Part shown: one piece after another, positions 53,301 through 64,000 of the stretch | Layout of the letters: each line of letters opens with the position of its first letter | How positions within the stretch are numbered: position 1 is the stretch's first letter | Assembly (NCBI GenBank): GCA_964016885.1 | Contig: OZ024743.1 | Coordinates: 223,076,001-223,140,000 of the forward strand | Source of the DNA: Eledone cirrhosa | Lineage: Eukaryota | Reading direction: 5' to 3' | DNA length: 64,000 nt | The notes under the pieces: generated by a model | What the model was told of the DNA's origin: nothing | Seen by the model: the letters and a program-made list of their open reading frames with translations, nothing else | Databases searched by the model: none | Program-made: the position numbers and the translations under genes

Positions 53301-56300
53301 GTATCCATGCTGGGACACTGCCTTCAAAGGTACAGTTGACTATATCCATGGTGGGACACTGCCTTCAAAGGTACAGTTGACTGTATCCATGGTAGGACAC
53401 TGCCTTCAAAGGTACAGTTGACTGTATCCATGCTGGGACAATGCCTTCAAAGGTACAGTTGACTGTATCCATGGTGGGACACTGCCTTCAAAGGTACAGT
53501 TGACTGTATCCATGCTGGGACAATGCCTTCAAATGTACAGTTGACTGTATCCATGGTGGGACACTGCCTTCAAAGGTACAGTTGACTGTATCCATGCTGG
53601 GACAATGCCTTCAAAGGTACAGTTGACTGTATCCATGCTGGGACACTGCCTTCAAAGGTACAGTTGACTATATCCATGGTGGGACACTGCCTTCAAAGGT
53701 ACAGTTGACTGTATCCATGGTGGGACACTGTCTTCAAAGGTACAGTTGACTGTATCCATGCTGGGACACTGCCTTCAAAGGTACAGTTGACTGTATCCAT
53801 GCTGGGACAATGCCTTCAAAGGTACAGTTGAATGTATCCATGCTGGGACACTGCCTTCAAAGGTACAGTTGACTGTATCCAAGCTGGGACACTGCCTTCA
53901 AAGGTACAGTTGACTGTATCCATGCTGGGACACTGCCTTCAAAGGTACAGTTGACTGTATCCATGGTGGGACACTGCCTTCAAAGGTACAGTTGACTGTA
54001 TCCATGCTGGGACACTGCCTTCAAAGGTACAGTTGACTGTATCCATGCTGGGACAATGCCTTCAAAGGTACAGTTGAATGTATCCATGCTGGGACACTGC
54101 CTTCAAAGGTACAGTTGACTGTATCCATGCTAGGATATTGCTTTCAAAGGTACAGTTGACTGTATCCATGCTGGGCCATTGCCTTCAAAGGTACAGTTGA
54201 CTGTATCCATGCTGGGACACTGCCTTCAAAGGTACAGTTGTCTGTATCCATGCTAGGACATTGCTTTCAAAGGTACAGTTGACTGTATCCATGCTGAGAC
54301 ATTGTCTTCAAAGGTACAGTTGACTGTATCCAAGCTGGGACACTGCCTTCAAAGGTAATTGACTGTATTGATGCTAGAACACTGCCTTCAAAGTTACAGT
54401 TGATTGTATCCATGCTAGGACATTACCTCCAAAGGTACAGTTGACTGTATCCAAGCTGGGACACTGCTTTCTAAGGTACAGTTGACTGTATCCATGCTGG
54501 GCCATTGCCTTCAAAGGTACAGTTGACTGTAACCATGCTGGGACACTGCCTTCAAAGGTAATTGACAGTATTGATGCTAGGACACTGCCTTCAAAGGTAC
54601 AGTTGAATGTATCCAAGTTAGGACACTGCTTTCTAAGGTACAGTTGACTGTATCCATGCTGGGACACAGCTTTCTATGTACAGTTGACTGTATTGAAGCT
54701 GGGACACTGCTTTCTAAGGTGGAGTCGAGTGTATCCATGCTGGGACACTGCTTTCTAAGGTACAGTTGACTCTATCCATGCTGGGACACTGCCTTCAAAG
54801 GTACAGTTGACTGTATCCAAGATGGGACACTGCTTTCTAAGGTAGAGTTGACTGTATCCATGCTGGGACACTGGTTTCTAAGGTACAGTTGACTATATCC
54901 ATGCTGGGACACTGCCTTCAAAGGTACAGTCGACTGTATCTATGCTGGGACACTGCCTTCAAAGGTACAGTTGACTGTATCCATGCTGGGACACTGCCTT
55001 CAAAGGTACAGTCGACTGTATCCATGCTAGGACATTGCCTTCAAAGGTACAGTTGACTGTATCCATGCTAGGACATTGCCTTCAAAGGTACAGTTGACTG
55101 TATCTATGCTGAAATATTGCCTTCAAAGTACAGTTGACTGTATCCATGCTAGGACATTGCCTTCAAAGGTACAGTTGACTGTATCTATGCTGGGACGCTG
55201 CCTTCAAAAGTACCAATGACTGTATCCATGCTAGGACATTGCCTTCAAATGTACAGTTGACTGTATCCAAGCTGGGATAATGCTTTCTAAGGTACAGTTG
55301 ACTGTAATGATGCTCAGACACTGCTTTCTAAGGTACAGTTGACTATATCCAAGCTGGGACACTGCCTTCAAAGGTACATTTGACTGTATCTATGCTGGGA
55401 CACTGCTTTCTAAGGTACAGTTGACTATATCCATGCTAGGACATTGCCTTCATATGTACAGTTGACTGTATCCATGCTAGGACATTGCCTTCAAATGTAG
55501 AGTTGACTATATTGATGATAGGACACTGCTTTCTAAGGTACAGTTGACTGTATCTATGCTGGGACATTGCTTTGTAATGTACAGTTGACTGTATCCATGC
55601 TGGGCCATTGCCTTCAAAGGTACAGTTGACTGTATCCATGCTGGGACACTGCCTTCAAAGGTACAGTTGACTGTATCCAAGCTGGAACACTGCCTCCAAA
55701 GGTAATTGACTGTAATGATGCTAGAACACAGCCTTCAAAGGTACAGTTGACTGTATCCATGCTGGGACATTGCCTTCAAAGGTACAGTTGACTGTATCCA
55801 TGCTGGGACACTGCTTTCAAAGGTACAGTTGACTGTATCCATGCTAGGACATTGCCTTCAAAGGTACAGTTGACTGTATCCATGCGGGGACATTGCCTTC
55901 AAAGGTACAAATGACTGTATCCATGCTAGGGCATTGCCTTCATATTTACAGTTGACTGTATCCATGTTGGGACACTGCCTTCAAAGGTACAGTTGACTGT
56001 ATCTATGCTAGGACATTGCCTTCAAAGGTACAGTTGACTGTATCCATGCTGGGCCATTGCCTTCAAAGGTACAGTTGACTGTATCCATGCTGGGACACTG
56101 CCTTCAAAGGTACAGTTGACTGTATCCATGCTAGGACATTGCCTTCAAAGGTACAGTTGACTGTATCCATGCTAGGACACTGCCTTCAAAGGTACAGTTG
56201 ACTGTATCCATGCTGGGGCACTGCCTTCAAAGGAACAGTTGGCTGTATCCATGCTGGGACACTGCCTTCAAAGTTACAGTTGACTGTATCCAAGCTGGGA

Positions 56301-59300
56301 CATTGCCTTCAAAGGTACAGTTGACTGTATCCATGCTGGGACACTGCCTTCAAAGGTACAGTTGACTGTATCCATGCTAGGACATTGCCTTCAAAGGTAC
56401 AGTTGACTGTATCCATGCTAGGACATTGCCTTCAAAGGTACAGTTGACTGTATCCATGCGGGGACATTGCCTTCAAAGGTACAGATGACTGTATCCATGC
56501 TAGGACATTGCCTTCATATGTACAGTTGACTGTATCCATGCTGGGACACTGCCTTCAAAGGAACAGCTGGCTGTATCCAAGCTGAGACATTGCCTTCAAA
56601 GGTACAGTTGACTGTATCCATGCTGGGACACTGCCTTCAAAGGTACAGTTGACTGTATCCATGCTGGGACACTGCTTTCAAAGGTACAGTTGACTGTATC
56701 TATGCTGGGACAATGCCTTCAAAGGTACAGTTGACTGTATCCATGCTGGGACACTGCCTTCAAAGGTACAGTTGACTGTATCCATGCTGGGACACTGCTT
56801 TCAAAGGTACAGTTGACTGTATCCATGCTGGGACACTGCTTTCAAAGGTACAGTTGACTGTATCCATGCTAGGACATTGCCTTCAAAGGTACAGTGGACT
56901 GTATCCATGCGGGGACACTGCCTTCAAAGGTACAGTTGACTGTATCCAAGCTGGGACATTGCTTTCTAAGGTACAGTTGACTGTATCCATGCTGGGACAC
57001 TGCCTTCAAAGGTACAGTTGACTGTATCCATGCTAGGACATTGCTTTCTAAGGTACGGTTGACTGTATCCATGCGGGGACACTGCCTTCAAAGGTACAGT
57101 TGACTGTATCCAAGCTGAGACATTGCTTTCTAAGGTACGGTTGACTGTATCCATGCGGGGACACTGCCTTCAAAGGTACAGTTGACTGTATCCAAGCTTG
57201 GACATTGCTTTCTAAGGTACGGTTGACTGTATCCATGCTGGGACACTGCCTTCAAAGGTACGGTTGACTGTATCCATGCTGGGACACTGCTTTCTAAGGT
57301 ACAGTTGACTGTATCTAAGCTGGGAGACTGCCTTCAAAGGTAATTGACAGTATTGATGCTAGGACACTGCCTTCAAAGGTACAGTTGAATGTATCCAAGT
57401 TGGGACACTGCTTTTTAAGGTACAGTTGACTGTATCCATGCTAGAACATTACCTTCAAAGGAACAGCTGACTGTATCCATGCTGGGACACTGCCTTTAAA
57501 GGTACAGTTGACTGTAACCATGCTGGGACACTGCCTTCAAAGGTGCAGTTGACTGTATCCATGCTAGGACATTGCCTTCAAAGGTACAGCTGACTGTATC
57601 CATGCTGGGACACTGCCTTTAAAGGTACAGTTGACGGTATCCATGCTGGGACACTGCCTTCAAAGGAACAGTTGGCTGTATCCAAGCTGAGACATTGCTT
57701 TCTAAGGTACGGTTGACTGTATCCATGCTGGGACACTGCCTTCAAAGGTACAGTTGACTGTATCTAAGCTGGGAGACTGCCTTCAAAGGTAATTGACAGT
57801 ATTGATGCTAGGACACTGCCTTCAAAGGTACAGTTGAATGTATCCAAGTTGGGACACTGCTTTTTAAGGTACAGTTGACTGTATCCATGCTGGGACACTG
57901 CTTTCTACGTACATTTGACTGTATTCAAGCTGGGACACTGCTTTCTAAGGTGCAGTCGAGTGTATCCATGCTGGGACACTGCTTTCTAAGGTACAGTTGA
58001 CTGTATCCATGCTGGGACATTGCCTTCAAAGGTACAGTTGACTGTATCCAAGCTGGGACACTTCTTTCTAAGGTAGAGTTGACTGTATCCATGCTAGGAC
58101 ACTGCTTTCTAAGGTACAGTTGACTATATCCATGCTGGGACACTGCCTTGAAAGGTACAGTCGACTGTATCTATGCTGGGACATTGCTTTCTAATGTACA
58201 GTTGACTGTATCCATGCTGGGACATTGCCTTCAAAGGTACAGTTGACTGTATCCATGCTGGGACATTGCCTTCAAAGGTACAGTTGACTGTATCCATGCT
58301 AGGACATTGCCTTCAAAGGTACAGTTGACTGTATCTATGCTGGGACACTGCCTTCAAAGGTACAGTTGACTGTATCCATGCTAGGACATTGCCTTCAAAG
58401 GTACAGTTGACTGTATCCATGCTAGGACATTGCCTTCAAAGGTACAGTTGACTGTATCTATGCTGGGACACTGCCTTCAAAGGTACAGTTGACTGTATCC
58501 ATGCTAATACATTGCCTTCAAATGTACAGTTGACTGTATCCAAGCTGGGATAATCCTTTCTAAGGTACAGTTGACTGTAATGATGCTCTGACACTGCTTT
58601 CTAAGGTACAGTTGACTATATCCATGCTGGGACACTGCTTTCTAAGGTACAGTTGACTGTATCCATGCTGGGACACTGCCTTAAAAGGTACATATGACTG
58701 TATCTAAGTTGGGACACTGCTTTCTAAGGTACAGTTGACTTTATCCATGCTGGGGCACTGCTTTCTAAGGTACAGTTGACTGTATCCATGCTGGGACACT
58801 GCCTTCAAAGGTACAGTTGACTGTATCCATGCTGGGACACTGCTTTCTAAGGTAGAGTTGACTGTATCCATGCTAGGACATTGCCTTCAAAGGTACAGTT
58901 GACTGTATCCATGCTAGGACATTGCCTTCAAAGGTACAGTTGACTGTATCTATGCTGGGACATTGCCTTCAAAGGTAGAGTTGACTGTATTCAAGCTGGG
59001 ACACTGCTTTCTAAGGTGGAGTCGAGTGTATCCAGGCTGGGACACTGCTTTCTAAGGTACAGTTGACTGTATCCATGCTGGGACACTGCCTTCAAAGGTA
59101 CAGTTGACTGTATCCATGCTAGGATATTGCTTTCGAAGGTACAGTTGACTGTATCCATGCTGGGACACTGCCTTCAAAGGTACAGTTGACTGTATCCAAG
59201 CTGGGACACTGCCTTCAAAGGTAATTGACTGTATTGGTGCTAGGACACTGCCTTCAAAGGTACAGTTAACTGTATCCATGCTGGGACACTGCTTTCTAAG

Positions 59301-62300
59301 GTACAGTTGACTGTATCCATGCTGGGACACTGCTTTCTAAGGTACAGTTGACTATATCCATGCTGGGACACTGCCTTCAAAGGTACAGTCGACTGTATCT
59401 ATGCTGGGACATTGCTTTCTAATGTACAGTTGACTTTATCCATGCTGGGACATTGCCTTCAAAGGTACAGTTGACTGTATCCATGCTAGGACACTGCCTT
59501 CAAAGGTACAGTTGACTATATCCATGCTAGGACATTGCCTTCAAAGGTACATTTGACTGTATCCATGCTAGGACATTGCCTTCAAATGTACAGTTGACTG
59601 TATCCAAGCTGGGATAATGCTTTCTAAGGTACAGTTGACTGTAATGATGCTCTGACACTGCTTTCTAAGGTACAGTTGACTATATCCATGCTGGGACACG
59701 GCTTTCTAAGGTAGAGTTGACTGTATCCATGCTGGGACACTGCTTTCTAAGGTACAGTTGACTGTATCCATGCTGGGACACTGCCTTCAAAGGTACAGTT
59801 GATTGTATCCATGCTGGGATACTGCTTTCTAAGGTACAGTTGATTGTATCCATGCTGGGACACTACCTTCAAAGGTACAGTTGACTGTATCCAAGCTGGG
59901 ACACTGCCTTCAAAGGTACAGTTGACTGTATCTATGCTGGGATACTGCCTTCAAAGGTACAGTTGACTGTATCTATGCTGGGATACTGCCTTCAAAGGTA
60001 GAGTTGACTGTATCCAAGCTGGGACACTGCTTTCTAAGGTACAGTTGACTGTATCCATGCTGGGACACTTCTTTCTAAGGTACAGTAGACTGTATCCATG
60101 CTGGGACACTGCCTTCAAAGGTACTGTTGACTGTATCCATGCTAGTACATTGCCTTCAAAGGTACAGTTGACCGTATCTATGCTGGGACACTGCTTTCTA
60201 AGGTACAGTTGACTGTATCCATGCTTGGACACTGCATTCTAAGGTACAGTTGACTATATCCATGCTAGGACATTGCCTTCAAAGGTACTGTTGACTGTAT
60301 CCATGCTAGGACATTGCTTTCAAAGGTAGAGTTGTCTATATTGATGATAGGACACTGCTTTCTAAGGTACAATTGACTGTATCTATGCTGGGACATTACT
60401 TTGTAATGTACAGTTGACTGTATCCATGCTGGGACATTGCCTTCAAAGATACAGTTGACTGTATCCATGCTGGGACACTGCCTTCAAAGGTACAGTTGAC
60501 TGTATCCATGCTGGGACACTGTTTTCAAAGGTACAGTTGGCTGTATCCATGCTGGGACACTGCTTTCTAAGGTACAGTTGACTGTATCCATGCTGGGACA
60601 CTGCCTTTCGAAGGTACAGTTGACTGTATCCAAGCTGGGACAGTGCCTTCAAAGGTACAGTTGACTGTATCCAAGCTGGGACACTGCTTTCTAAGGTACA
60701 GTGTACTGTATCCATGCTGGGACACTGCCTTCAAATGTACAGTTGACTGTATCGAAGCTGGGACACTGCTTTCTAAGGTACAGTTGACTGTATCCATGCT
60801 GGGACACTGCCTTCAAAGGTAATTGGCTGTATTGGTGCTAGGACACTGACCTCAAAGGTACAGTTGACTGTATCCATGCTGGGACACTGCTTTCTAAGGT
60901 ACAGTTGACTGTATCCAAGCTGGGACACTGCATTCAAAGGTACAGTTGACTGTATCCATGCTAGTACACTGCCTTCAAAGGTACAGTTGACTGTATCTAT
61001 GCTGGGACACTGCTTTCTAAGGTACAGTTGACTGTATCCAAGCTGGGACACTGCCTTCAAAGGTACAGTTGACTGTATCCATGCTAGGACAATGCTTTCT
61101 AAGGTACAGTTGACTGTATCCCTGCTGGGACACTGCCTTCAAAGGTACAGTTGGCTGTATCCAAGCTGAAACACTGCTTTCTAAGGTAGAGTTGACTGTA
61201 TCCATGCTGGGACACTGCCTTCAAAGGTACAGTTGACTGTATCCATGCTAGGACATTGCCTTCAAAGGTACAGTTGACTGTATCTATGCTGGGACATTGC
61301 CTTCAAAGGTAGAGTTGACTGTATTCAAGCTGGGACACTGCTTTCTAAGGTGGAGTCGAGTGTATCCAGGCTGGGACACTGCTTTCTAAGGTACAGTTGA
61401 CTGTATCCATGCTGGGACACTGCCTTCAAAGGTACAGTTGACTGTATCCATGCTAGGATATTGCTTTCGAAGGTACAGTTGACTGTATCCATGCTGGGAC
61501 ACTGCCTTCAAAGGTACAGTTGACTGTATCCAAGCTGGGACACTGCCTTCAAAGGTAATTGACTGTATTGGTGCTAGGACACTGCCTTCAAAGGTACAGT
61601 TAACTGTATCCATGCTGGGACACTGCTTTCTAAGGTACAGTTGACTGTATCCATGCTGGGACACTGCTTTCTAAGGTACAGTTGACTATATCCATGCTGG
61701 GACACTGCCTTCAAAGGTACAGTCGACTGTATCTATGCTGGGACATTGCTTTCTAATGTACAGTTGACTTTATCCATGCTGGGACATTGCCTTCAAAGGT
61801 ACAGTTGACTGTATCCATGCTAGGACACTGCCTTCAAAGGTACAGTTGACTATATCCATGCTAGGACATTGCCTTCAAAGGTACATTTGACTGTATCCAT
61901 GCTAGGACATTGCCTTCAAATGTACAGTTGACTGTATCCAAGCTGGGATAATGCTTTCTAAGGTACAGTTGACTGTAATGATGCTCTGACACTGCTTTCT
62001 AAGGTACAGTTGACTATATCCATGCTGGGACACGGCTTTCTAAGGTAGAGTTGACTGTATCCATGCTGGGACACTGCTTTCTAAGGTACAGTTGACTGTA
62101 TCCATGCTGGGACACTGCCTTCAAAGGTACAGTTGATTGTATCCATGCTGGGATACTGCTTTCTAAGGTACAGTTGATTGTATCCATGCTGGGACACTAC
62201 CTTCAAAGGTACAGTTGACTGTATCCAAGCTGGGACACTGCCTTCAAAGGTACAGTTGACTGTATCTATGCTGGGATACTGCCTTCAAAGGTACAGTTGA

Positions 62301-64000
62301 CTGTATCTATGCTGGGATACTGCCTTCAAAGGTAGAGTTGACTGTATCCAAGCTGGGACACTGCTTTCTAAGGTACAGTTGACTGTATCCATGCTGGGAC
62401 ACTTCTTTCTAAGGTACAGTAGACTGTATCCATGCTGGGACACTGCCTTCAAAGGTACTGTTGACTGTATCCATGCTAGTACATTGCCTTCAAAGGTACA
62501 GTTGACTGTATCTATGCTGGGACACTGCTTTCTAAGGTACAGTTGACTGTATCCATGCTTGGACACTGCATTCTAAGGTACAGTTGACTATATCCATGCT
62601 AGGACATTGCCTTCAAAGGTACTGTTGACTGTATCCATGCTAGGACATTGCTTTCAAAGGTAGAGTTGTCTATATTGATGATAGGACACTGCTTTCTAAG
62701 GTACAATTGACTGTATCTATGCTGGGACATTACTTTGTAATGTACAGTTGACTGTATCCATGCTGGGACATTGCCTTCAAAGATACAGTTGACTGTATCC
62801 ATGCTGGGACACTGCCTTCAAAGGTACAGTTGACTGTATCCATGCTGGGACACTGTTTTCAAAGGTACAGTTGGCTGTATCCATGCTGGGACACTGCTTT
62901 CTAAGGTACAGTTGACTGTATCCATGCTGGGACACTGCCTTTCGAAGGTACAGTTGACTGTATCCAAGCTGGGACAGTGCCTTCAAAGGTACAGTTGACT
63001 GTATCCAAGCTGGGACACTGCTTTCTAAGGTACAGTGTACTGTATCCATGCTGGGACACTGCCTTCAAATGTACAGTTGACTGTATCGAAGCTGGGACAC
63101 TGCTTTCTAAGGTACAGTTGACTGTATCCATGCTGGGACACTGCCTTCAAAGGTAATTGGCTGTATTGGTGCTAGGACACTGACCTCAAAGGTACAGTTG
63201 ACTGTATCCATGCTGGGACACTGCTTTCTAAGGTACAGTTGACTGTATCCAAGCTGGGACACTGCATTCAAAGGTACAGTTGACTGTATCCATGCTAGTA
63301 CACTGCCTTCAAAGGTACAGTTGACTGTATCTATGCTGGGACACTGCTTTCTAAGGTACAGTTGACTGTATCCAAGCTGGGACACTGCCTTCAAAGGTAC
63401 AGTTGACTGTATCCATGCTAGGACAATGCTTTCTAAGGTACAGTTGACTGTATCCATGCTGGGACACTGCCTTCAAAGGTACAGTTGGCTGTATCCAAGC
63501 TGAAACACTGCTTTCTAAGGTAGAGTTGACTGTATCCATGCTGGGACACTGCCTTCAAAGGTACAGTTGACTGTATCCAAGCTGCAACACTGCCTTCAAA
63601 GGTACAGTTGACTGTTTCCAAGCTGGGACACTGCCTTCAAAGGTAATTGACTGTATTGATGCTAGGACACTGCCTTCAAAGGTATAGTTGAATGTATCCA
63701 AGTTGGGACACTGCTTTCTAAGGTACAGTTGACTGTATCCATGCTGGGACACTGCTTTCTAAGGTGGAGTTCACTGTATCCATGCTGGGACACTGCTTTC
63801 TAAGGTACAGTTGACTATATCCATGCTGGGACACTGCCTTCAAAGGTACAGTTGACTGTATCCAAGCTGGGACACTGCTTTCTAAGGTACAGTTGACTGT
63901 ATTGATGCTGGGACACTGCTTTCTAAGGTACAGTTGACTATATCCATGCTGGGACACTGCCTTCAAAGGTACAGTTGACTGTATCTATGCTAGGACATTG
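11371..64000. repeat. 41-bp satellite array, >52.6 kb (about 1,280 monomers), running off the window end
   Basis: Head-to-tail monomers GGTACAGTTGACTGTATCCA(T/A)GCT(G/A)GGACA(C/T)TGC(CTTCA/TTTCT)AA in one orientation, with no non-satellite insertion seen; rare 39-, 40- and 42-bp variants. Confidence 0.99.

Noticed and set aside
11327-63966. Well over a hundred minus-strand ORFs of the type MDTVNCTFEGSVPAWIQSTVPLKAVSQHGYSQLYL
   Set aside because: They are translations of a 41-bp unit that is not a multiple of 3, cycling through all frames and hitting frequent stops. They are not a repeat protein or zinc-finger array.
11371-64000. CRISPR-like array (palindromic repeat of about 40 bp)
   Set aside because: There are no unique spacers and no cas genes, and the context is eukaryotic.
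11371-64000. Monomer as a Helitron 3' end (hairpin followed by CTAG/CTGG) or as a satellite-encoded hammerhead
   Set aside because: The hairpin-to-CTRR spacing is only about 3 nt and the SINE-tail match explains the sequence better. The monomer has no CTGANGA/GAAA core.

Overview
Eukaryotic, AT-rich genomic DNA. The SINE and MITE repertoire resembles octopus/cephalopod repeats recalled from memory (inference, no search run). Bases 1-~11,370 are a patchwork of decayed transposons: a hAT transposase C-terminus, a hAT MITE with intact TIRs and an 8-bp TSD, tRNA-derived SINEs, TTAA-type MITEs and a Hero/R2-type LINE RT relic. They surround the first coding exon and promoter of a minus-strand RAVER1/2-like RRM gene. 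Its intron 1 holds a perfect palindrome with 146-bp arms and several degenerate hammerhead-like motifs. From ~11,371 to the window end (>52 kb, about 1,280 monomers) the sequence is one 41-bp satellite, consensus GGTACAGTTGACTGTATCCATGCTGGGACACTGCCTTCAAA. The many 'MDTVNCTFEGSVPAWIQSTVP' ORFs are artefacts of this repeat. The monomer looks derived from a local SINE 3' tail, is tiled by short dyad symmetries, and is organised into multi-kb tandem duplications and a homogenised sub-domain. I found no evidence for a novel protein-coding system.
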